64,000 nucleotides of DNA from Octopus vulgaris (GCA_951406725.2 OX597817.1:141980001-142044000), one strand, 5' to 3'; numbered from the stretch's first letter, positions 23,885 through 37,533 are shown. Notes: generated by a model from the letters alone, not told the origin. Numbers and translations are program-made.

Positions 23885-24200
23885 AAGCCTGACTTTGCCC
23901 CTAAGCCTAGACGCAGGCTGATAAACCAGGCGAAATTTGAGATCGGGCACGTGAGCAAACAGTTCATCAGGAAGATCAGGAACGGCGAAACACCAACGAA
24001 GTCATTACATGATATAAGGCCAACAGCAGTGGGAGTAGACCTAGGTTTATCCAATTTGATTAGTGGACTTCTACCAATCTATGTCAAGGGAGTTCCTGTT
24101 AAAGGCACTGAACTTCGCATTATCATGCACGCCAGAAGAACCCTACTTTTCAGTAAGGGACCAAATGCACCTACCCAGAGGGCTGCTTCGACGTGCTAAT
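23885..24200 (+). pseudogene. Frameshifted Penelope-like element reverse transcriptase fragment
   Basis: Across frames: KPDFAPKPRRRLINQAKFEIGHVSK...RNTNEVIT...RFIQFD..DFYQSMSREFLLKALNFA...IIMHARRTLLF, matching PLE RT motifs RLINPAKSEIG and FDIVxFYPSI; flanked by (TA)n. Confidence 0.75.
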
Positions 24201-24768
24201 AGGTGCTTTTTACAATATATATATATGATAACGTCTCTTTCGCAAGATTTCTTATGCGCGCGCGCGTGTGTGTGCGTGTGTCTGTGTGTGTGCGTTTGTG
24301 TGTGTTCGTGTGTACAAAAGCAACAAATTTAGAGATACTGATTCATTACTATAGAAGTTCAATAATAAATATCAGATGCAAAAGTAAACAAATACACAAT
24401 ACAGTGAAAAAATTATTAGATGTAACCGTTAGTTGATGTGCACCTACATTCGCTCGTACAAGCATACAAACATGCATGGTTTGTTGCACATGCGCTCAAA
24501 CAGCGATATAATATATATATTAATAAAGCCAGTACCTTAAAGTGGGTAGTGATACGACCCCACTTGGTGAGAAGTCACAGATTCCGTGGTGGAGTTCACT
24601 AGGTCTGGCCGATATAGTCAAAACACTTCTAGCAACACGAATATGTACATAAATACAGACATAGTATATGTGTAGTTTTTGTAATAACAATAATAATTCA
24701 AGGATGGAATTTATATATATTGTAATGCATCATTACACGATGTATTACAATATTTGTTATTACTATAC

Positions 24769-24824
<56 letters not shown>

Positions 24825-24825
<1 letters not shown>

Positions 24826-25252
24826 GGCGTAGGAGTATATGTGTGGTAAGAAAATTGATTCCCAACTACATGGTTCCGCTACAGACGCACCCCATGACAC
24901 TGGGCATGTGTCATCTGCTAGAGCCGACCAAAACCTTGCGAGTGGATTTGGTAGCCGGACGTTGAAAGAAGCCCATCGTATATATATATATGTGTGTGTG
25001 TGCGTGTTTGTATATATATATATGTGTGTGTGTGCGTGTTTGTTCTTTGTGTCTGTGTTTGTCCCCCAACCATCAGTTGAAAACCAATGCTGGTGTGTTT
25101 ACGTCCACGTTACGTAGCGGTTAAGCAAAAAGACACCGATAAAATAAATGCTAAGCTTACAAAATTTAGTCCTGGGGTCGATTTATTCGACTAAAGGTGG
25201 TGATCCAGTATGGGCGAAGTCAAATGACTGAAACAAGTAAAAGAGGAAAAGA
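24825..25252 (+). mobile_element. Family-A SINE
   Basis: GGCGTAGGAGT..TGTGTGGTAAG head, internal TA/TG tract, GTCAAATGACTGAAACAAGTAAAAG tail. Confidence 0.8.
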
Positions 25253-25254
25253 GC

Positions 25255-25292
<38 letters not shown>

Positions 25293-25383
25293 TATAAAGG
25301 ATATACACTGAAAAGATGATATATGTGTGTTGTTCATATTCGTATCTTTGTGTTGTACACGTTTTATGACGTCCTGTGCCAAC

Positions 25384-25470
<87 letters not shown>

Positions 25471-25929
25471 TATAAAAGTAATTATGTACATATAAGCATG
25501 TATATATGCATATATATATATGTATATATGCATATACATATGTATATACATTGACGAACACACACATACACACACACACACATATATACATATATATATA
25601 TAGATGCCTATATATATGTACATATATATATATTAATGGAAAACATTATGCAATTCCAGATCAATAACAATAAAATAAATAAATATTAAGATAAATGAAT
25701 AATCGAACAAAAGATAATAGAAATCCCTGCAGATAAAGCTAATACACGCACAAAAACATTTATTCGTACATTTATATGTGTAAACACACACACACATACA
25801 TGTGAATATAGATATATATATGTTTTTGCGTGTATGTGTGTATACACATATACGTATAAACTTATAAAATCATGTTATGAGTCATATAAGCGTAATAAAA
25901 TGTCAATAACATACTATATACACACACAC

Positions 25930-25977
<48 letters not shown>

Positions 25978-26063
25978 CACTTGATATCAGCCAGCAGTTG
26001 ATTCGAGCGTTGATTGTCCGATGGCCACTGAAAGCATTGATTTTGCATTTAGAAGACTGATTG

Positions 26064-26140
<77 letters not shown>

Positions 26141-26272
26141 TATATAGACACACATACACATATATATAAATGTATATATGTGTATATATGTATGTATAAA
26201 TATATATGTGTGTGTATATGTATGTGTATATATATACTTATGTATACATATATATATATTTATATATATATA

Positions 26273-26309
<37 letters not shown>

Positions 26310-26934
26310 GTATATATATATATATATACATATATATACACATATATATAGATATATATAGTATATATATCATGTATATATTGGAACAAATCATTCCTTG
26401 TTAGCTTGAATGTTATATCTTTTATTAAATATAATATGGTGTAATATTATTTCCTCTTCGTGTTTGTTTTCTGTGTCGTTTTCTTTTCTGACAGTTAGTA
26501 TTTATTTATTTATCTATTTATTTTATAATGAAATATATTGTGTTTTTTCATATAATGTGTCCCTGTAGAGTTGTTTTATTACTCTTGTATACGTTCATAC
26601 ACACACAAACATATTTACAGAATCATATGTATAAATATGTATAAATATGTATATATATATAAATGTATACATACGCAATCAGACGCACAACCCACAGAAA
26701 TACCTATGTACGTAAACTTAAATATATTTGTATTATATAGGCACGTATATAAACGCATACACAGCAAGAAGTATGTATATTTGAAAATATATACGTGTAG
26801 CGATTTACTTTGTATACCAATGTTTAAGCTTGTGAATACGTTGGAGCATTTCAGCTCTAGTCTGTGTTTCGCTGCTTGAGAATATCCTGCTTTCTCTCTC
26901 TCATTATCTGTGGATGTGCACAAGTGTATGGATA

Positions 26935-27333
26935 GGAGCAGGCGTGGTCATGTGCAAACAATTTTTTTCAATTCACATCATATCGCGTTCAGTCCTACTG
27001 CATGGCAAATTTGACAAATAAATCTCACTATGGTTCCTGTCTAACCAAAACCATGTGACGGAATTTGTTAGACGGAAGCAGAAAAAAAGTCCGTCGTATA
27101 TATATATATATATATATATAAAGTTAATCCAAACAAGAAAGCAAAAAAAAAAACACAACAACGCGAGGACGTGGAACAAATATAGTATTATTGGACGCTC
27201 AGGAAAGAAGGAAAGGAGGAGGGTTTAACGTTTCGAGCGGAGCTCCTCGTCGGAAACATAGGAGAAGGAAAGATCCAGAGAAGGGAGAACAGAGGAAAAA
27301 AATCGCCAACGTTACACACGAGGTCACATTTTG

Positions 27334-27401
<68 letters not shown>

Positions 27402-27645
27402 GTATATGTATATATGAAATATGTATGTATGTGTAATCCTGATTGTGTATGTCTTTCTGTTTGTGTATGTCCCCTTCCACTGCTTGACAATCGCTGTTAG
27501 TATGTTTACGTCCCCGCAAACTTGCGATTCAGCACGAGTTATTCTATAGAGATTGTACCAACTTTTAAAATGAAAATAATTACTGTGTACTCTTCGTTCG
27601 ACTAAAACCAGTCAAGGCGCTGCCCACAGTCCACTCACTGAAACA

Positions 27646-27648
<3 letters not shown>
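26935..27648 (+). mobile_element. Family-A SINE split by a Penelope-like fragment inside its internal (TA)n
   Basis: 5' half 26935-27100, 3' half 27450-27648, insert 27121-27335. Confidence 0.7.
27121..27335 (-). mobile_element. Penelope-like pLTR fragment with a minimal HHR-like motif (27223-27257)
   Basis: Reverse strand GTTT-CCGACGA-G-GAGC tcc GCTC-GAAACGTT-AAAC; homologous to 12340-12498. Confidence 0.6.
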
Positions 27649-27714
<66 letters not shown>

Positions 27715-27715
<1 letters not shown>

Positions 27716-28062
27716 ATATCAGGGTAATAACGATTTTAGAATTTTTTACTACCTGTAGCCTAGCGTGTAGAAAAATTAGACAATAGACTATATATTATTC
27801 ATATAAATACAGTGTACATTTAAAAACATAAGACGTATCCTTCATAGGATTATTTTCACGCCAGAAGGAACAGCTAAAGTCCAAACTAATATTAGGGATA
27901 AAAACTCGGAGGGAATGAAAAATAAAAATAGGAGATAGATGGTAAATGTTTTTATTTTTCATTCCCTTCGGGTTTTTATCCCTAATAATCGTTTGGACTT
28001 TAAATATTCCTTCTAGCGTGAAAGGAATCATACGACGGATACTTTTTATGTGTTTAAATAAA

Positions 28063-28065
<3 letters not shown>
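27715..28065. mobile_element. Fold-back fragment of the 469-bp family
   Basis: CCTAGCGTGTA...CAATAGACTATATATTATTCATATAAATACAGTGTACATT is shared with 49070-49132; 27815-27930 is inverted at 27947-28060; (TA)n on both sides. Confidence 0.75.
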
Positions 28066-28100
<35 letters not shown>

Positions 28101-28329
28101 GAAAAAATGCATTGTAGATCAACAAGTGAGTATTACCATTTTGGTGTTCATAACTGATGAAGAATTAGAAACTTTCTATGTCTTATACATATACATCTTT
28201 TTATCTGTCATTGTTTATGTACATTGCATTTTTTCATTTATTGAGTAACGGTCCGCAACACGCACAGTATCATAAGATTTTCAATGAACGTTACTATGTA
28301 GTTGCATTATGGTGGATGAGGGATATTGT

Positions 28330-28525
28330 TGCCCTACCATTTAAGTTTCTCGCCATGATGTAAGTTCATCTGAGATCGTGGACAGCAGAAGGTCAATGTT
28401 CTTCTTGAAACTATCAACCCCATCTCCATACAGATATCTCAGGATTTTTCGCGCTATATTAAACAGACATGGGGCTTTGAAACGCAAGATATTTTAGCAC
28501 GTGGTCCTTACTCTAGGTGGAATGA
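28330..28525 (-). mobile_element. Degenerate CR1-like LINE 3' relic
   Basis: Reverse translation LRFKAPCLFNI...LRYLYGDGVDSFKKNIDLLL resembles the CR1 C-terminal GPxLFNxLP...FKxxLD. Confidence 0.5.
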
Positions 28526-28723
28526 GTCAAATATTTATATTTATATACAAATATGACAGACTCTCCTGTCGAAGTCGACATACGATTGTTCAGCGAAAGA
28601 CAAATTTGGACCTGCAATCACAATCAGGTAATAACAGCAAAAACAGAAATAAAGCAAGTCAGTGCTAACAGACAACAATAGCAACACACAGATAGACAAT
28701 CAACAACACACTCACACTACTAT

Positions 28724-28775
<52 letters not shown>

Positions 28776-29184
28776 CATATATATATATAAATATATATGT
28801 ACACATATAGATATATCCATACACATACACAAACGCACACGCAGGCACATGCGCACACGCACACGTACACACTCACACACACTTGTATATTTAAAAAATA
28901 TTTTTTCTATTTTTGATATATTTATATATGATTTTATTTTGAGCAATATTTATCTTAATTAAATCTGTATACGTATGCGTATATTGTAGTTTGTATGACT
29001 TGAACTATCACCATTTTATTTATTACTACCAGTATAATCCGGCCTTTCCCGGGATTAAGTTACGATTATTAAGCTAATCAAGTTCTTTATTTCAAGCCAA
29101 ACTAATATAGACGTCAAATTTGGGCGAAATCCGTTGAAATTAGTTATATATATATATATATATATTCTTCCTTTCTTTTTCTTT

Positions 29185-29401
29185 TATTCTTTTACTTGTT
29201 TCAGTCATTTGACTGCGGCCATGCTGGAGCACCGCCTTTAGTCGAGCAAATCGACCCCGGGACTTATTCTTTATAAGCCCAGTACTTATTCTATCAGTCT
29301 CTTTTGCCAAACCGCTAAGTGACGGGGACGTAAACACACCAGCATCGGTTGTCAAGCAATGGTAGGGGGACAAACACAGACACACAAACACACACACACA
29401 C

Positions 29402-29448
<47 letters not shown>

Positions 29449-29456
29449 TACGACAG
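29185..29456 (-). mobile_element. Family-A SINE, 3' half
   Basis: Near-identical to 33840-34130. Confidence 0.85.
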
Positions 29457-30389
29457 GCAAATATATATGGGCAAGAGACGCGAACACACATACACACACG
29501 TACGTACGTACAACTATTGCGTGTTTTGTGCACGCATACATGTCCATAAACAGAAACGAATGGAAAAAATGTTGTTAAATTTGTAGATTAACACTCGCAC
29601 GGTTTTCACTACGAAAAAAATGTTTTTTTTTTGCGTGGAATCAACAACTCTGGCCTCCTAATATGCTACAAAACCCTTTTTGTGGTCCGTGAAACGGAGT
29701 TGGATGTGGTGGAAGCCTCGCAAATTGTACTCATTTATATTATGTAATTCACTGACAAATTGTTACCTACCTCTTTGTTTCTTTGTTGTTACATAAATGG
29801 ATTGTCAACAAAACACTTTTTTACTCGGCGTAAAATAAAAACAAAACTCTTTCGCACCCAAAGTAATGTGAGAGAGAGAGAGGGGGTGAAAGACGAACGA
29901 TTTAAAATAAATAAATGATTTAAAATAAATATATTATAATTGTTGTGTGAGAAAGTATATATACTATGATTATAATATATAGTGTTTTTCAAAAACATCC
30001 TGAATTTGAACATTATAACTCGTGTTTACGATAAAACAAAACATTTTACATATTTTTTTAATGAACGTTGTCACATTCTCTCTCTCTCACTTTGTCGTTC
30101 CCTTTTTTTGTTTAGACGCTGTGAAACTCTGCTTCTCTTCCACTTTTCTTTATCTTGTTTTTTTTTTATAAGATGCCGTCAAAAAGCTATGGCTGAAAAT
30201 AGATTTTGACCGCTATCCGCGGGTGCCTCGGGAATAAAATAAGTTGACAAAACCCAGATAGGGTGTTCACGAATGGCTTCCTAAAATTTGAGCGACATGC
30301 GTGCTAATTTGTGGATGTGCATAAACTACAATCACGTACACACACACACACACACACACGCATATCTTGCCTTATATATATACAGATAC

Positions 30390-30623
30390 CTATTTCTTTA
30401 CTACCCGCAATGGGCTAAACACAGAGGGGACAAACAAGGACAGACAAACGGATTAAGTCGATTACATCGACCCCAGTGCGTAACTGGTACTTAATTTATC
30501 GGCCCCGAAAGGATTAAAGGCAAAGTCGACCTCGGCGGAATTTGAACTCAGAACGTAGCGGCAGACGAAATACCGCTAAGCATTTCGCCCGGTGTGCTAC
30601 CGTTTCTGTCAGCTCCCCGCCTT
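30390..30623 (-). mobile_element. Family-C SINE monomer
   Basis: Reverse complement of the unit at 16287-16518. Confidence 0.85.
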
Positions 30624-30697
30624 TGTAACTATACCTGTGTAACGTTACAGGGTCAACTTGAGCACTTCTACATGGATGCGGTCTGTGTTTCGTAAGA

Positions 30698-30737
<40 letters not shown>

Positions 30738-30889
30738 TATTTCTGTGTTTATTTCCTCGTGTACCTCTCTGTTGAAGAGCGTAAGCACCACACGTAAAAG
30801 ACTTTCTCACTTTCCCGAGTCTTAAACTAATACACCTTTTTGTTGTTTATACACCTGTTTTCGTCTTTTGTTTTGCTGTCAATTTCAAC

Positions 30890-31335
30890 CATTCAATAAG
30901 AATTAAGGGCATGACTTATCTTGATTGTTGGGACCGCCTTAAAGCCTTGAAACTCCACTCTCTCCAGCGCCACCGCGAGCGGTACAACATTTGGACGATG
31001 TTGTGTATGTACTGCCTGCAATGCCCAAGCGACATGAACATTAGCTTCAACGTCCATCCAAAGCTGAGACCAAGGGTCATACGTCCCCTGCCCAATTCAG
31101 GATCACAACATATAGGTACACGGCGTCATAATTTCTTTTCTTCAACAGGCCCTGTCCTCTTTAACAATGTCCCATCACGTTTAAACGGAATGTGGGCAAA
31201 TTTCTTCGAGGAATACCAGACAATCCACCCATACCTGGATACAACTCACTCAATAAGAACTCACTACTTAAATGGACCATGATACCACAAAATTTGACTT
31301 AAAAAGGATTAAGATAATCCTATCAGGTGGTGCTT
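30890..31335 (+). mobile_element. CR1-like LINE 3' relic
   Basis: ORF 30911-31282: CWDRLKALKLHSLQRHRERY...FFSSTGPVLFNNVP, the typical CR1-group RT C-terminal region. Confidence 0.75.
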
Positions 31336-31347
31336 TTAAGTTAGACA

Positions 31348-31773
31348 CAGCCGGTGTGGTAAATAGCTTGCTTACCAGTCACATGGATGCAGGGTCAGTC
31401 CACCTGCGAGGCCCCTTGGGCAAGCGTCTTCTACTATAGCCTCGAGCCGGCCAAAGCCTTGTGAGCTGATTTTGTAGACGGAAAATGAAAGAAGCTCATC
31501 GTATATATGTATATTTATATGTGTGTGTATGTGTGTGTGTGTGTGTGTGTTTGTGTGTTTGTGTTTGTGTGTCTGTGTTTGTCCCCCCAACATTGCTTGA
31601 CGACCGATGCTAGTGTGTTTACGTCCCCGTAACTTAGCGGTTCGGCAAAAGAGTCCGATGGAATAAGTACTAGGCTTACAAAGAATAAGTCATGGAGTCG
31701 ATTCGCTCGACTAAAAGCGATGCTCCAGCATGACCGCAGTCAAATGATTGAAGCAAGTAAAAGAGTAAAAGAG
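31348..31773 (+). mobile_element. Family-A SINE
   Basis: Collinear with the family consensus. Confidence 0.85.
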
Positions 31774-31776
31774 TAT

Positions 31777-31842
<66 letters not shown>

Positions 31843-32331
31843 GCACACACACACACACACATACATACACACACACACACACACACATACACTGCCAATC
31901 ACATATACTACCATTTTCTAAGATCGGATGTTCTGTAGGAAAAGCCAAAAAACGTTATACTTGTAGTTATGATGTCCTAACTGCAAACGGCAACCATTTT
32001 GTATAAGCCATCTCTCCATCAGAACTGCGGAAAAATCGATATTCTCCGCGAATATGAAGATAAATCTCAAGTACGTGATGATAACATCTGCTGTTTGATG
32101 CGTTAAGTTATTTTTATGAAATATATAGACGTTGTTGTTGTTGTGTGTGTGTGTGTATGTGTGTGTGTTTGTTTGTCTGTGTGTATGTGTGTGTCTGTCT
32201 GTCTGTATGTTTGTGTGTACTTGCGTTGAAAATTTAGCATTACGTTAACGACACATACACACACTCACACTCACACATATATATACATACATACATATCT
32301 ATATATAGATATATAAGTATATGTATGTATA

Positions 32332-32371
<40 letters not shown>

Positions 32372-32399
32372 TACACACCTATATATATGTGTGTGTGAG

Positions 32400-32432
<33 letters not shown>

Positions 32433-32717
32433 ATACAAAGAGAGTTTATACATGTATTGTGTATACATGTATGTATATGCCTGTGCGTATGTGTATGTGT
32501 GTGCATATGTGCGTGTGTGTGTGTGTATTACTATCAAGGAGGGAATAAGAAATTTTTGGCTTTTATGAAACAATAACTTTGAGAAAATTTAGTCTTGAAC
32601 ATATGATGTTCTTGGTGGGGGTAGGGGTGGGTGGCAGGCGGATGCAGAATAAATATTATATAAGTGTGTTGTGCGTCCGTGTGCATGTGTATATTGTATT
32701 TGTGTGTGTGTATTTGC

Positions 32718-32775
<58 letters not shown>

Positions 32776-32923
32776 TGTGTATGTGTGTGTATGTATATAG
32801 TATTTTAAAGTACATATTTGTTCATATATATATCCTTATGTACATATATATATATGTGTGTGTGTGTGTCTGTGTGACTATTTATATCTATCTATGTATG
32901 TATATATATATATATATATATTC

Positions 32924-32967
<44 letters not shown>

Positions 32968-33538
32968 CCATAACGATATGAATATATCCTTATGTATTAT
33001 GAGTCTATGCATGCATAAACGCTGTCATATAATGCCATTGTATATAGATTTCAGTATTATACTTTCGTAACTGCCTGTATCTGCATGGGACCGTGCATAT
33101 TTATGCACATGCATCTATCTCTCCCTCCCTCGCTTTATTCATCTATCTATCTATTTACTTCTATCTATGTACCTATCTGTCTATCGCTCTACCCAGCTAA
33201 ATATCTATCAGTCTGTCTCCAGCGATGGCTCAATAACTTCATGTGTGTTTACGTGTAAACATGCCTGGAAATGCATATTAAATTAATATATAAAACACGG
33301 GTTAAGATCATATTCTGCTGAAGATTTTTTATTTAATATTTTCATCTGCTATTGCATATGTGGCGATCTATATGAGAGGGTTTATATTTACTTGACTGTG
33401 TGCATTTACGTATATATACATATGTATGCAAGCCGAGCCGTGTGCTCTTTTTCTATACATGTCTGTGTGTTACTATGCATGTTTTGATGTCAACATATGT
33501 GTGCGTGTGTATGTATTTATGTATATGATTCTGTTAGT

Positions 33539-33571
<33 letters not shown>

Positions 33572-33774
33572 AGCGTCTGTGTGACTGGCATTTGCCTATC
33601 AATCTTTAAGAAATCGATAAATTCGTGTGTGCAAACAAACATTTACTACTGGCTGCCGTCCTATATTCACGGCAATATATCAGCTTTGATACACACGCAC
33701 ATAAAGGCACACAAATACCAATGCACACGTATTTATAACACACACGTACATGATCAAACACACACACACACATA

Positions 33775-33808
<34 letters not shown>

Positions 33809-33834
33809 GTATGTATATATATATATATATATCT

Positions 33835-34039
33835 TTCTCTCTTTTACTTCTTTCAGTCATTTGACTGCGGCCATGCTGGAGCACCACCTTTAGTCGAGCA
33901 AATCGACCCCGGGACTTATTCTTTGTAAGCCCATTACTTACTCTATCGGCCTCTTTTGCCGAACCGCTAAGTGACGGGAACGTAAACACACCAGCATCGG
34001 TTGTCAAGCAATGCTAGGGGGACAAACACAGACACACAA

Positions 34040-34126
<87 letters not shown>

Positions 34127-34289
34127 TACGACAGGCTTCTTTCAGTTTCCGTCTACCAAATCCACTCACAAGGCATTGGTCGGCCCGGGGCTATAGCAGA
34201 AGACACTTGCCCAAGATGTCACGCAGTGGGACTGAACCCGGAACCATGTGGTTGGTTAGCAAGCTACTTACTACACAGCCACTCCTGCA

Positions 34290-34292
<3 letters not shown>
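33835..34292 (-). mobile_element. Family-A SINE, full length, young
   Basis: Head, CORE-like CCTTGGGCAAGTGTCTT motif, internal (CA)n(TA)n, tail. Confidence 0.9.
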
Positions 34293-34334
<42 letters not shown>

Positions 34335-34551
34335 GCATATAGTTATAGGCACATGTTCGTGGGTGTGCGGGTGCGCTTATGTAGGTATGGTCATGCGCGC
34401 TTATGCGAATACTATGAACATTTTTACTCCCTTACTTTTACTCCCACCCCTCACTTAGCGGTCATTCTAATAGCTCTTTTGTCATAATAACGTTCCATCA
34501 CACAGTAATTTCCCTTTGTTTAACGGTCGTTTTCATAGCAGTTTTTCGATG

Positions 34552-34621
34552 GCCAGATAAGTGAAGAGATGTTGGCGTGGGTTTCCGGCCCGACATCGGA
34601 AACTCGGTATTTTATCATGGC
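34552..34621 (+). ncRNA. Hammerhead-like motif (C3 altered)
   Basis: GCCAGATAA-GTGAAGA-GATGTTGG...CCGACATC-G-GAAAC-TCG-GTA-TTTTATCATGGC: stems I, II and III are all present. Confidence 0.5.
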
Positions 34622-34730
34622 AACGAATAATTACCACATATTTTATTGACAGATAAATTACTCTATGTACATAACGTCGAGGTCTCTTTCATTCTTTGTT
34701 GTCTTACCATTTTTACCAATATATATACAT

Positions 34731-34800
<70 letters not shown>

Positions 34801-35099
34801 ATATATATATATATACATTATATTACATTATATTAGAGAAAACATCTCAACCAAGTCAGAAGGATTATCGCAAGTTATTTATAATAATTAATTAGGGTAA
34901 GGTGAAATTGAATTCTTACGGCTGTTTCTGGGAGATCCCAAGTGTTTGTTTAGCATATCTGTGCACTGGATATTTAGTCAACAGATGGAAACTTATTACC
35001 AGCATCAAAGCGTAAAAAGTATTCTAAACGCTCTGAAATCATCAGAATTTATGCGGCTATCCAACAATTTCAACAGACAACTGATTACAATGCCAGAGA

Positions 35100-35996
35100 G
35101 TCCATGAGGTCAACTGAAAAAGGTCTCCATATGAACAGTCAGAAATTTTGTCCCTGAAGAGATCCGATATAAGTGTCATGTGATGAGGAAATGTCAATTT
35201 TTGTCTGACAAAGGAAAAAAATCGCTACATCAGATCAATAAGGCTCTTAAACTGAAAAATCCAGCAGAAGAAGATTTGATTTGTTTTTTCTCAGGCGAGA
35301 AAAACTTCAACCAAGATCAAAAAGCTAACAGAAGAAATGACAGATGATTATGTGCAGATGTGCAGATGGTTATGTGCAGACCCATTCCGAGAGTTATGCA
35401 TACAAATTTTCCTGCAACTCTCATAGTTTTAACTGTTGTCAGTAATGAATGACCTGTAATGCCTCCTTCCTTCTTACCACAAAGCCTTAGAGTTAACTCT
35501 GCCGCCTACATTGAGGTCCTGGAAACAGTTATTACGCATTGGGTGTTCGCTATGTGCTTCAGCAAGATTCTGCACCATCACACATGATTCAAGTAAGGCA
35601 GAAATAGATGGGTGAAAATTTTCATGATTATATAATCCCTAGCAATCAGCCTCCTAATTCCCCAGATCTCAATAAACTGGACTATTGCGTGAGGAGCGTT
35701 GCTGAGAGAGAGGTCAATGAACACGGCTGTAACACTAAAGATCCTTTGATATCCGCCATAATCAGAGCAATGTTCAAAATGAAACAGGACCACTTGATTC
35801 AAGCATAGAGACCATTTAGATCTCTTATAGAACAGTTATTGAAGTTGAAAGCGACTTAATTGAATGACTTTAGAGAAAAACAGTTTTATTTTTATCCTCA
35901 TTGCATTTTTGATTGTAAATTTATTATCTGTTTTTATATATATCTGCTTTTCTTTATAAACATAAATCTGTCCTCAAATATCTTGCGCAAACTGTA
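35100..35996 (+). mobile_element. Decayed DD37D (maT) Tc1/mariner transposon, 3' part
   Basis: FSGEKNF...QQDSAPSH-(37 codons from D)-PPNSPDLNKLDY; 37 residues counted between the second and third catalytic D; putative TIR ending ...GCGCAAACTGTA. Confidence 0.8.
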
Positions 35997-36018
35997 TATA
36001 TATACATATATATATATG

Positions 36019-36049
<31 letters not shown>

Positions 36050-36084
36050 ATGTATGCATGTATGTATATAGTTGATATTTACAC

Positions 36085-36250
36085 AAAACAAACAAAACAA
36101 AAGACGAAGACGGGTGTGTAAACAACAAAAGATATATTAGTTTAACACTCGGGAAGTGAGAGAGTCTTTTACGTTTCGAGCCTACGTGCTTCAACAGAAA
36201 GGAACAGTGAAAGAAACAGGGAGAGAAAATAATAAAAGGATCAATCATGG
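36085..36250 (-). mobile_element. Penelope-like pLTR fragment with an HHR-like motif (partner at 30744-30885 +)
   Basis: Reverse strand CTTT-CTGTTGA-AGCACGTAGGCTC-GAAACGTA-AAAG; homologous to 30758-30880. Confidence 0.45.
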
Positions 36251-36671
36251 CGAATACCGGACAAAGGGTCACATAGGAGAGCTAGGAATAAGGGGAGATA
36301 AAAAAGTAGTGTTGATCCCAAAAGGAAGGTGCGCGTGCCTGTGTATATGAGAGCATGTATGTGCGTGTGGATAGGGGTTGGTGACCTTGACGTGTGCGTG
36401 TGTGCATGTGTAGGTGTGTGGGTGATGTGTGGGTGCTGGGAAGTGGTCAGTGCTAGTGTGTGCAGGGTGGTATGATGTGGCATGATGTGGTATGGCGGTG
36501 TGTGTTGTGGTGGTGTTGGGGTGTGGGGGAGGCGAGGGTTTGGGCAGCAAGGATTGGGTAGTTATTGCGATGAATAGATATCTCTTAGAACGATGTTAGC
36601 ATCGAAGTTCCCCGGTTTTATCCAGTGTAGTAACATATATGTGCTTATGAATATACGTATACATACAAATA

Positions 36672-37237
36672 TTGGGTTGTCCGGAAAGCTCGTGCTGATT
36701 TATAGTAGCTTATCTTCCAACATATTTTAGAAGATGGTTGAGTCCATAAAATAGGATTTGACTACACCTCCATTTAGAGCACAGTTTAAGCTATCTTTTT
36801 GTGGAAGAATGTTTATGTTCCTATAACCTGTGTTAATTTTATAACCTTTTAAAATGGAAGATAAGAAAGTTTATTTTCAGCACTTGATGCTTTGGGAACC
36901 AGACAAAAATTGCTGCAGTTCGGCTGGGATGTGTCACCCCACCCTCCATATTCACCAGATATTGCTCCTTCGGATTTCCACTTATTCAGGTCTCTGCAGA
37001 ATAGTCTTAATGGTAACAATTTCAATTCCTTGGATGACGTAAAATGATACCTTGATGAATTCTTTGCCATGAAATTACCTCAGTTCTGAAAAGAGAGTAT
37101 TTTGAAGTTAAAGGAGATATGGAGACGCATTGTGCAACAAAATTATTCATATTTGGTTGATCAAACATGTAATGGCAAGTATTTATTGACCCTTTTCTTT
37201 CCTTTCAAAATGAGCACGAACTTTCCGGACAACCCAA
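36672..37237 (+). mobile_element. Internally deleted mariner (DD34D-type) element
   Basis: TIRs TTGGGTTGTCCGGAAAG(C/T)TCGTGC at both ends with TA duplications; N-terminal MEDKKVYFQHLML joined to C-terminal HPPYSPDIAPSDFHLFRSLQNSL. Confidence 0.9.
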
Positions 37238-37471
37238 TACATTAAGAAAGAGGATTATTTGTATTATTCTCTATTTAGCACTTTCGTCCATTCGTCCGGA
37301 ATCTTCAGAGTTCCCGCGTATAGAGGAAAGTGCAAAATAGAGAATTTATCCAAAATTGGGACTGCCTGCTTATCCTTAATATACACAATATGTTCAACAC
37401 TCCTTAAGCTTAAACAACGCGAGACATTGTCACCAGTCAGGTATAACAACATTCGATACTCTAGCTGATAT

Positions 37472-37533
<62 letters not shown>

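Noticed and set aside
28147-28182. Other CTGANGA...GAAAC or palindromic GAAAC motifs (28152, 17928, 38519, 39792, 39930, 41895)
   Set aside because: Incomplete stems or missing core halves; possibly decayed HHRs but not supportable individually
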